Below, in pieces: positions 16,070 to 21,973 of a DNA stretch of 21,973 nucleotides. A program made the translations under genes and the position numbers. The notes beneath the pieces were generated by a model, which was not told the DNA's origin, searched no databases, and saw only the letters and a list, made by a program, of their open reading frames with translations. Where the stretch lies: IMG/VR virus record IMGVR_UViG_3300044445_000054, one strand, 5' to 3'. This DNA is from a virus (lineage: Duplodnaviria > Heunggongvirae > Uroviricota > Caudoviricetes). How positions within the stretch are numbered: position 1 is the first letter of the stretch; each line of letters starts with the position of its first letter.

Positions 16070-18666
16070 GCGAACATCCAATCTAACAGTTCTTCGACCT
16101 TATGATCGTCGAGCTTCGTTCCTTCAAGCTCTTTATCGACCACGCCGTCAATGAACTGAGCCTCGTCCAGCTCGACCTGACTGAACGCCGTGCCGTCGAA
16201 GGGGCGGAACGTGCGCCCGATCGCGACTGTGCAGTTGAGCGGGAAGTGCTTCACGATGTCGCCGTGCTCGCCCATCGCCTGCCGCAGCATGGGGATGAAC
16301 GCCATGACGTCGTCCTTGTGGACCGAGAAGACCAGCTCGTCGTGGATCGGCATCATCAGACGGTAGCGCAGGTCAGCGGCGATCTTACGCAGGTTCAGGA
16401 GCGACCGCTTGGCGAGCGTCGCGCACGTCCCTTGGATCATCGCGTTGACGACCTGATTGCGACCGCGGGCCTGCACCCGCTTGACCGCCGTCTCGGCGTA
16501 CTCGACGAGGCGCGGGCTGGCTGACAGCGCCATGAACTTGCCGATCATCGCCGACCGCCACGCCTGCGTGCACTCGAAGCGGTTGCGCTGGTGGCCGTCC
16601 GGCAGGGTGATGAAGCCGTTCATGCTGGCCTCGTTCTGCAGGGCGACACGCCACTGTTCCTCGTCGGGGAAGCGCTCGCGGTACTTGTCCACCAGCTCCC
16701 AATGCTCGTCGTCGGTCAGGCCCGCGTTGTTGGCGACCGTCGACATGGCACCGGAGTACCAGTAGCCGAAGTTCATGCCCTTCCCGATCGCGGTGCCGCG
16801 CGACCACTTGTGGAAGTCCTTGGGCGTCAGGTCGCGGCCAGAGAAGTCCTTCATCGGTCGGCCGTTGGGGTTGCGACCGAACTTGAACTCCTTGAACTCG
16901 GCCTCGGTCAGCCCCGGCATCGCCTTGATCGAAAGGCAGTCGACGGCGGCACCGGAGTGGGCGTCGCCGTACGGCAGCTGGCCGTAGATGGGCTTGAACC
17001 CACCCTGTCCGCCAGCGAAGTCGCCGATCAGGACTAGCTCGATGGCGCTCCAGTCGGCAGAGACGACCACATGGTCGTCGGCATCGCCAAGATAGAATGA
17101 CCGAATGTACGCGCTGTCACCCGATCGAGCCAGCTGCATCGGATTGGGGAAGGAGGTGGCGAGGCGACGCGTCGCCAGCTGGGAGGAGAGGCTGGGGTAA
17201 ACACGGCTGGTCTCCGGGTCCATGAGCTGGGTGTAGGGGGTCAGGTACAGCTTCACGCGCTGCTCGATGTCGGCCATCGTCTGCAGGTCACGCATGATCT
17301 GCTTGGTGTTCTCCAGCATTTCCGCGTCGTGCGTGTTGCCGGGCACCTCCCCGTCCAGCTTCTCGCGGATGCGGCCACGCGCCTCCTTGTCGGACGCGAC
17401 GCTGCCTTCGTCGTACTGCATCGGCACGCGCAGCAGATCGTACATGATCGTCCGCATGGCGTGGTAATAGACGATGTTCAGCTTGCCGGACGCTGGCACC
17501 TTGCTGCCCTTCTCCGCCGCCCACGCATTGCCGATCGGGTTCGACACCTGAAAGACCTGTGTGAAGTCGTCGTCACTGTCCGGCGAGCGCGCCCAGTCCT
17601 CGATCTGCTTGCGCTTCTTCTCCCACCCCTTCGGATACCATGACAGCTCCTTGCGCATCAGGTCGGGATGCGGCTCGGCGGGGAACGGCAGCGCGCAGCG
17701 CACGCGGTCTTTGAACTCGCGCAGCAGCGTGGCCATGTTCTCGCGCTCGACGTCGCGGCGCTTGAACACCTGCTCCAGATCAAGGCGGATGCCCTCACGC
17801 CACGAGTCGGCGTAGATGTAGACCATCGGGTTCTCTTGGACGAAGAACGCCTTGAGAGCCTTGGGGTTGTTCTTAATCATGTCGTCGAACATGCGACGGT
17901 AGTGGCGCACGGCCCAGTACGCGTCGTCCGCACCGTAGGCGGCGACCTGCTCGCCGGTGAGCTGGCCCATGTGGGTCTTCTCGCCCAGCACTTCCTTGAA
18001 GGTCGTCTGCTCGACGCCGAAGGCCGATTTCGTCAGGGCCTTGAGCGAGTAGCCCATCGCGATCGACTTGACGAAGCCGTTGTACGAGTGCTCCGCCTTC
18101 GACTCCTTGGCGATGAACTTGCCCAGCAGCTCCTTGTCGATGCCCTCTTCCTGCTGCTTGATGACCTCGGCGGCGATCTTGTGGAAGGCCTTGGGCAGCG
18201 GCGCGTCGTAGAAGGCACCGATGTCGTACTGGTCGGGGCCGTGATGCGACACCGCCATCTGCAAGGTGCAGACGAAATCCTGGAGGTCGATGTCGTGGCA
18301 CTGCTTGAACATGACCAGCTCGAACGGCAGGTTGTGCGCGACGCCGATCACGCCCTTGCCCGCCTCGACGATGAGCTTGACGATCGCCGGGTGCAGCCGG
18401 TTCTCCACGTCCGCGTGCGCGAGGTTGTAGTAGTAGGCGGTGTCGCTGCCCTCGACGTAGGTCGACATGCCCGTCATCGTCGTGCGGCGGTGGTCGAACA
18501 CCAGCCGCATGGCGTTGCAGTAGGCGTTCAGCCCCTCGTGCCGCGTCTCCACGTCGGTCGTCTCGCAGTCGAGACCCCAGAGCTTGGCCTGCCGCAGCTC
18601 TTCGAGGATGCCCGGCAGCAGGTCACGGACGTTGCGGTTGTCGACGAGGACGGTCTTGATGGTCAT
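16066..18666 (-). CDS. polA: Family A DNA polymerase with 3'-5' proofreading domain and no 5'-3' exonuclease
   Basis: ExoI GLDCET, ExoII AHNLPFE, ExoIII YGADD. Motif A SADWSAIEL, motif B KGMNFGYWYSG, NAMIQGT, motif C IHDELVF. Confidence 0.93.
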   Translation of the reverse strand: MTIKTVLVDNRNVRDLLPGILEELRQAKLWGLDCETTDVETRHEGLNAYCNAMRLVFDHRRTTMTGMSTYVEGSDTAYYYNLAHADVENRLHPAIVKLIVEAGKGVIGVAHNLPFELVMFKQCHDIDLQDFVCTLQMAVSHHGPDQYDIGAFYDAPLPKAFHKIAAEVIKQQEEGIDKELLGKFIAKESKAEHSYNGFVKSIAMGYSLKALTKSAFGVEQTTFKEVLGEKTHMGQLTGEQVAAYGADDAYWAVRHYRRMFDDMIKNNPKALKAFFVQENPMVYIYADSWREGIRLDLEQVFKRRDVERENMATLLREFKDRVRCALPFPAEPHPDLMRKELSWYPKGWEKKRKQIEDWARSPDSDDDFTQVFQVSNPIGNAWAAEKGSKVPASGKLNIVYYHAMRTIMYDLLRVPMQYDEGSVASDKEARGRIREKLDGEVPGNTHDAEMLENTKQIMRDLQTMADIEQRVKLYLTPYTQLMDPETSRVYPSLSSQLATRRLATSFPNPMQLARSGDSAYIRSFYLGDADDHVVVSADWSAIELVLIGDFAGGQGGFKPIYGQLPYGDAHSGAAVDCLSIKAMPGLTEAEFKEFKFGRNPNGRPMKDFSGRDLTPKDFHKWSRGTAIGKGMNFGYWYSGAMSTVANNAGLTDDEHWELVDKYRERFPDEEQWRVALQNEASMNGFITLPDGHQRNRFECTQAWRSAMIGKFMALSASPRLVEYAETAVKRVQARGRNQVVNAMIQGTCATLAKRSLLNLRKIAADLRYRLMMPIHDELVFSVHKDDVMAFIPMLRQAMGEHGDIVKHFPLNCTVAIGRTFRPFDGTAFSQVELDEAQFIDGVVDKELEGTKLDDHKVEELLDWMFA

Positions 18667-18836
18667 AGCGGGTCTTTCGAGAAAGGCTCATTGGCAGCGA
18701 CCCACCGGACGAAGTGGCGGTTCGATGGCGTGTCGGCATAATACATCGTCACGACGCTGCCGTCCTGCTGAATGATCGGGCAGGGCAGCAGGTGGCCGGA
18801 GAGCGATGGCACGACGGTGTCGTTGAGCAGGCTCAT
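18663..18836 (-). CDS. 57-aa hypothetical protein (below the ORF-track cutoff)
   Basis: MSLLNDTVVPSLSGHLLPCPIIQQDGSVVTMYYADTPSNRHFVRWVAANEPFSKDPL. Fills the gap exactly; its TGA overlaps the polymerase ATG. Confidence 0.65.
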   Translation of the reverse strand: MSLLNDTVVPSLSGHLLPCPIIQQDGSVVTMYYADTPSNRHFVRWVAANEPFSKDPL

Positions 18837-18838
18837 GG

Positions 18839-19024
18839 CTATTCCATTTCATAATGGATGTCGAGGATCAGCTCGACCTGTGCGGTGCGGCTGCGCTTGC
18901 CCGCCTTGGCGTCCTTGTCCAGCTTCTTCACCAGCTTGCGCGGAACGCGAACGGTGAAGGCGATGAACTCGGCCGGAGCGGGCGGAGCGGTGAGCTTGTG
19001 CGCCGTCTGTGCGCGCTGGGTCAT
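18839..19024 (-). CDS. Ribbon-helix-helix (Arc/MetJ-like) DNA-binding protein
   Basis: FTVRVP strand, then RKLVKKLDKDAK helix, GKRSRTAQVELIL turn-helix. 61 aa; ATGA-coupled. Confidence 0.75.
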   Translation of the reverse strand: MTQRAQTAHKLTAPPAPAEFIAFTVRVPRKLVKKLDKDAKAGKRSRTAQVELILDIHYEME

Positions 19025-19230
19025 GCCTCGTCCTTCTCCTTGGCCACGACCGCGGCGATCGCGGCGTCGCGCGCCTCGCGGTACGAGGACGGGTTGCGAC
19101 GCAGGTCGCGGAAGGTGTCGAACACGGCGTGGTTCAGCGCACGCGGCACGCGACGCCAGTGCGGCCAGCACATCAGCTGACCGTCCTTGGCGGGCTTGGG
19201 GCAGTTCGGGATGGCGCAATCATGCGGCAT
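19021..19230 (-). CDS. Small Cys/His (zinc-binding-like) phage protein
   Basis: C.IP.C...LMC..HW..VP; 69 aa; SD GGAGG 6 nt upstream of ATG 19230. Confidence 0.7.
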   Translation of the reverse strand: MPHDCAIPNCPKPAKDGQLMCWPHWRRVPRALNHAVFDTFRDLRRNPSSYREARDAAIAAVVAKEKDEA

Positions 19231-19456
19231 GGTATTCCTCCCACTTCGAGGTGTCGTCGTTCCACTTCTCGACGAAGATGCAGCCACAGGTGTGTGGCTG
19301 GAGCATGCGGCGCAGCACCATAACCTCTTCGGCCTCGTGTGCGTAAAAGGTGGCATGCAGATCGTCGATGATGCACCGCACCGCGTAGCGCGGGTGACGG
19401 CGCAGGCCGAGCGGCAGGTCGTTGTGATCGGCGGGGCCGAAGGCTGTGTCGGTCAT
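19220..19456 (-). CDS. Hypothetical protein (78 aa)
   Basis: ATGA-coupled to the 5'-3' exonuclease; fills the gap. Confidence 0.6.
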   Translation of the reverse strand: MTDTAFGPADHNDLPLGLRRHPRYAVRCIIDDLHATFYAHEAEEVMVLRRMLQPHTCGCIFVEKWNDDTSKWEEYHAA

Positions 19457-20226
19457 AGGAAAAACTCCGATAGACGCTCGTGAGCGGCCATGAGGTTGGG
19501 GGTGCCGCGGGTGATGCCACCCTCCAGCTCATCGTCGGGGACGTTGCAGAAGTGGGTGACCGTCAGCATGGCACGCAGGGTGTCGATGTTCTCCTGCTCC
19601 AGCAGCCACGCCTTGACCTTGGGCTTGAAGGGCAGGTCGACGAAGCCAGCGGGTGTGCCGTTGACGATCGCGCGCTCGATCTGTGCCCGGTGCGGTTGCA
19701 TCGAGAGCCAGCGGCCGGGGCCGAAGCCGGGGATGCCTGCGATGAAGTCGCTGCTGTCACCGCACATCGCCTTGTAGAGCGCGATCCACCGCGGCTCGAC
19801 GCCCTTCATGTTCACGCCCTTGAGCGTGCATAGGTGCGCGACCTGACCGTAGTCCATGTCGTTGGTGTGGACGGTGAACAGGCCGGGGCGCTTGCGCACC
19901 AGCGTGCCGATCACGTCGTCCGCCTCCCAGCCATGCACTTCGATCTGGACGGCGCTGGTGTGGGCCAGCAGCTCGCGCCACAGGCGCACCTGCGCGTACA
20001 CGTCCATCGGGGTCGGCGGCCGGTTGGTCTTGTAGCGAGGGTAGATGGCCTGACGGCGGGCGTTGTGCTCCTTGCCGTCCCACACCCAGATTTGCGTGCC
20101 GGGCGCGGCGGCGGACGTCGCCTCCAACCGTTGGCGCAGCGACATGGGTCGCTCGCCGGGCATCTGGTACTTCGTCTCCATCGCACGGCGCATGACGTTG
20201 TTGCCGTCGTACAGGTTGATGGTCAT
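19453..20226 (-). CDS. Stand-alone 5'-3' exonuclease / flap endonuclease (T5 D15 / T4 RNase H family)
   Basis: Motifs YDGNN, VWDG...RR..IYP.YK.NR, EADDVIG, NDMDY.Q and H3TH GDSSDFIAGIPGFG. SD GGAGG before ATG 20226. Confidence 0.9.
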   Translation of the reverse strand: MTINLYDGNNVMRRAMETKYQMPGERPMSLRQRLEATSAAAPGTQIWVWDGKEHNARRQAIYPRYKTNRPPTPMDVYAQVRLWRELLAHTSAVQIEVHGWEADDVIGTLVRKRPGLFTVHTNDMDYGQVAHLCTLKGVNMKGVEPRWIALYKAMCGDSSDFIAGIPGFGPGRWLSMQPHRAQIERAIVNGTPAGFVDLPFKPKVKAWLLEQENIDTLRAMLTVTHFCNVPDDELEGGITRGTPNLMAAHERLSEFFL

Positions 20227-20237
20227 GATGGCCTCCA

Positions 20238-20275
20238 ACGAAAAGACCCCGCCGCAGGTACGCCGCGGCGGGGTC
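20238..20275 (-). terminator. Rho-independent terminator
   Basis: 11-bp stem GACCCCGCCGC / GCGGCGGGGTC with a 9-nt loop followed by TTTTCGTT on the minus strand, downstream of the putative SSB. Confidence 0.8.
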
Positions 20276-20299
20276 CAGAACAGCCCGAGGGCGGCGGCC

Positions 20300-20944
20300 T
20301 TACTTGGCCTTGCCGATCAGCTTGAAGCCGACGACGCCCCACTCGTTGTTGTTCTTGTTGCGCTGCGGCAGGCATTCGATCTCGACCTCGACCTCGTCGA
20401 GGGCGAAGCCCTTCTCGCGCACGTCCTGATAGAACGCGTTCCAGAACTTCACGCCGGTGATCGCCGGAGTGATGCCAAGGCGCTGGCCCTTCTTCGCGCC
20501 GGGGACGTCTTCGCCCAGCAGGAAGGGCACTTCGACCGTACGGTACGGACCGTCGACCTTGGTGTTGTTGGCCTGCAGACGCGCCGTCGCCTGCTGGAAG
20601 TTCTCGCCCTGCGAGGTCTTCAGGCCGTCATACGACTTGATGAAGGTCGTATTGCCACCCGTGTTGGCACGGACCGACATGATGACGGCCACTTCCTTCA
20701 TGTTGATGCGGCCCTTGGCCTTCTGGAAGTACGGGTTGGTGTCGATGCGGAGGCCCGCATCCTTCACCGAAAGGTACGCATCGACGACCATGCCGGAACT
20801 GTCGGCGAGATCATCAAGGGTCAGGGCGGCGGGTGCCGTGGTCTGCGTGAGGGCCGTACCGGCGACCTGCGTCGAAGGCAGGTTCGAGGTGGCGTCCGCA
20901 GCTGCGGCGGCCTGGTCCATCACGGAGTCGAGAGCAGAGGTCAT
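20300..20944 (-). CDS. Putative single-stranded DNA-binding protein
   Basis: 214 aa with a flexible Ala/Thr N-terminus, beta-rich core and aromatic C-terminal hairpin (RNKNNNEWGVVGF). Followed by its own terminator, suggesting high expression; replication-module context. Function is inferred. Confidence 0.5.
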   Translation of the reverse strand: MTSALDSVMDQAAAAADATSNLPSTQVAGTALTQTTAPAALTLDDLADSSGMVVDAYLSVKDAGLRIDTNPYFQKAKGRINMKEVAVIMSVRANTGGNTTFIKSYDGLKTSQGENFQQATARLQANNTKVDGPYRTVEVPFLLGEDVPGAKKGQRLGITPAITGVKFWNAFYQDVREKGFALDEVEVEIECLPQRNKNNNEWGVVGFKLIGKAK

Positions 20945-20996
20945 GTAAAAGTTCCAGTTCATTATCGGTTGCGTTGAAACCCCGAGGGGTGAGGCC

Positions 20997-21024
20997 CTTC
21001 TACAGGCCGGATCAGATCATGCAA
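20997..21024 (-). promoter_or_regulatory. Candidate promoter for the putative SSB
   Basis: TTGCAT, 16 nt, TAGAAG on the minus strand between the tmRNA and ATG 20944. Confidence 0.3.
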
Positions 21025-21054
21025 ATCTCCATTTAGATACTACAGTGTAAGATT

Positions 21055-21273
21055 GGAGTGGCCCGTTTTTGTGATCGGTGGGCCAAGCCGCCGGTGGGTC
21101 AGGCTGCGAGAGCCATGACCTCCGAGGAGTCGTTGTCGTTGGCAGTTATTCAGATCACGGCATGCCTGTCGAACCAATTCGCCCCCAGTGAACGACCCTG
21201 CGGACAGAGCCGATGGTGGAGGCGGCGAGCTACGAACTCGCGTCCAGACGAACCGCCCGGCCTTGCGACCGGA
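21055..21273 (-). ncRNA. ssrA: Circularly permuted two-piece tmRNA (acceptor piece ~21273-21214, 27-nt intervening segment 21213-21187, coding piece from 21186)
   Basis: Acceptor piece ends GGAC-GCGAG-TTCGTAG-CTCGC-CGCCTCC-ACCA. Coding piece starts GGGGGCG-AATTGGTTCGAC, giving a 7-bp acceptor stem with G3.U70. CAGGCATGCCG pairs with CGGTTCGTCTG (9/11). Resume context AATAACT-GCC is present. Outer ends are approximate. Confidence 0.93.
21099..21143 (-). other. tmRNA tag reading frame, ANDNDSSEVMALAA*
   Basis: GCC AAC GAC AAC GAC TCC TCG GAG GTC ATG GCT CTC GCA GCC TGA; starts ANDN and ends LAA, as SsrA tags do. Confidence 0.92.
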
Positions 21274-21278
21274 TGACC

Positions 21279-21307
21279 GATCTAGGCTGGCGCTTACCGC
21301 TTGTCAA
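21279..21307 (-). promoter_or_regulatory. Sigma70 promoter of the tmRNA
   Basis: Perfect TTGACA (21307-21302), 17 nt, TAGATC (21284-21279). Predicted start near 21273, at a GCAA-tetraloop hairpin (21257-21272). Confidence 0.75.
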
Positions 21308-21329
21308 CAGATTGGACAGGGTGTAGTGC
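21301..21329 (+). promoter_or_regulatory. Candidate divergent promoter of the LAGLIDADG gene (leaderless transcript)
   Basis: TTGTCA (21301-21306), 17 nt, TAGTGC (21324-21329). ATG 21336 falls at the expected +1 and has no well-spaced SD. Confidence 0.4.
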
Positions 21330-21335
21330 CGACCC

Positions 21336-21740
21336 ATGTCCAACATTCATTACGTCGCAGGCTTGTTCGACGGAGAGGGTACGGTCTCAATGGCCAAGCC
21401 CTCTACCGCTGAGTTCTATGTGCCTGTCCTGTCGCTCAGCAGCACCGATCGTGTGCTCTGCGAAGTCATGACCACCGTGCTTGGCGGCGGCAACGTCTAC
21501 GAGAAGCGGCAGAACACCCGCCCGGCGCACCACAAGCGGTGCTTCGAATGGCGATGGAAGGGAGCGGGAAGCCTCGCAGGCATGGAGCAACTGGCTCCGC
21601 ATATTCTATGCCCAAAGAAGCGGGCACGGATGGCCTTCCTGCTGGATCGCTACGCCGCGGTCACCCGCCGCAACGGTAAATACAGCGCGGAGGAAGCCGC
21701 GGTGAAGGCGAACCTCCACCACGAGTTCTTCACGGTCTAG
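21336..21740 (+). CDS. Free-standing single-motif LAGLIDADG homing endonuclease
   Basis: YVAGLFDGEGTV motif at the N-terminus; 134 aa; opposite strand to all neighbours; codon usage more A/T-ending than the core genes. Confidence 0.85.
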   Translation: MSNIHYVAGLFDGEGTVSMAKPSTAEFYVPVLSLSSTDRVLCEVMTTVLGGGNVYEKRQNTRPAHHKRCFEWRWKGAGSLAGMEQLAPHILCPKKRARMAFLLDRYAAVTRRNGKYSAEEAAVKANLHHEFFTV

Positions 21741-21973
21741 CAGAACGTCTCCTTGGCGTACTTCTCCCAGCGGGAGAACATGGTGGGGTCGGGCGGTGCC
21801 GCCCAGCCGACGCCGCCGAAGCAGATGTGCGGCGGGATGTCGTGCTCGTACGTCTCCAGCCACGAGCGGTACAGCCGCGTCGCCGTGGTCGCCATGATGC
21901 CTTCCATCGTGCGCGTGTCCAGCTTCACCATGTAGCGATAGACCACGGTGATGAAGCCCTCGTCCATATTCAC
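21737..21973 (-). CDS. C-terminal part of a hypothetical protein (probably truncated by the window edge)
   Basis: Open to the edge with typical GC-rich codon usage. Its stop overlaps the endonuclease stop in a shared CTAG. Confidence 0.6.
   Translation of the reverse strand: MNMDEGFITVVYRYMVKLDTRTMEGIMATTATRLYRSWLETYEHDIPPHICFGGVGWAAPPDPTMFSRWEKYAKETFC

Noticed and set aside
16066-18666. Intein or intron in polymerase, thyA or the sbcC-like gene
   Set aside because: All are continuous ORFs of plausible length with motifs in order; no splice-junction or endonuclease motifs seen.
17668-18741. 357-aa + strand ORF inside the polymerase, and similar shadow ORFs over thyA, sbcC, the exonuclease and the putative SSB
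   Set aside because: Antisense or alternate-frame shadows of genes with clear motifs; no RBS or recognisable domain.
21214-21245. T-arm/CCA segment read as a tRNA gene or an attP remnant of ssrA
   Set aside because: No anticodon arm. The matching 5' half and tag follow 27 nt downstream, so the gene is complete, and no integrase is in the window.
21058-21412. + strand ORFs 21058-21276 and 21188-21412
   Set aside because: They lie antisense to the tmRNA, which explains the sequence far better; codon usage is not gene-like.
21336-21740. LAGLIDADG as part of a group I intron or intein
   Set aside because: It is antisense to both neighbours, has its own start and stop, and I could not identify group I core elements or an interrupted + strand gene.
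1-21973. CRISPR arrays, rRNA, tRNA, IS elements, tandem repeats and restriction-site (e.g. GANTC) avoidance
   Set aside because: No arrays, rRNA/tRNA genes or transposases seen. Site avoidance needs k-mer counts against a Markov expectation, which I could not run, so no claim is made.

Overview
A GC-rich fragment of a tailed (siphovirus-like) bacteriophage genome, probably infecting an alphaproteobacterium; no integrase or host genes are seen. From 1 to 6781 (+) are tail genes: the probable tape-measure end, two small tail proteins, a 1716-aa lambda-J-like tail tip/fibre and a fibre-chaperone-like gene. From 6774 to 21973 is mostly a (-) strand nucleotide-metabolism, recombination and replication block: DUF5664-like dNTP pyrophosphohydrolase, ThyA, SbcC/Rad50-like ATPase, dUTPase, SbcD/Mre11-like nuclease, DEDDh exonuclease, PD-(D/E)xK nuclease, family A DNA polymerase, RHH protein, stand-alone 5'-3' exonuclease and a putative SSB. 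A five-gene lysis cassette (+) sits inside this block in the opposite orientation, between sbcD-dut and sbcC. The strongest finding is absent from the ORF track: an apparently complete, circularly permuted (two-piece) tmRNA gene on the (-) strand at about 21055-21273. It has its own sigma70-type promoter, an encoded CCA end, a G3.U70 alanine identity pair and the tag (A)ANDNDSSEVMALAA. It lies back-to-back with a free-standing LAGLIDADG endonuclease gene. All product calls come from motif recognition by eye; no database searches were run.
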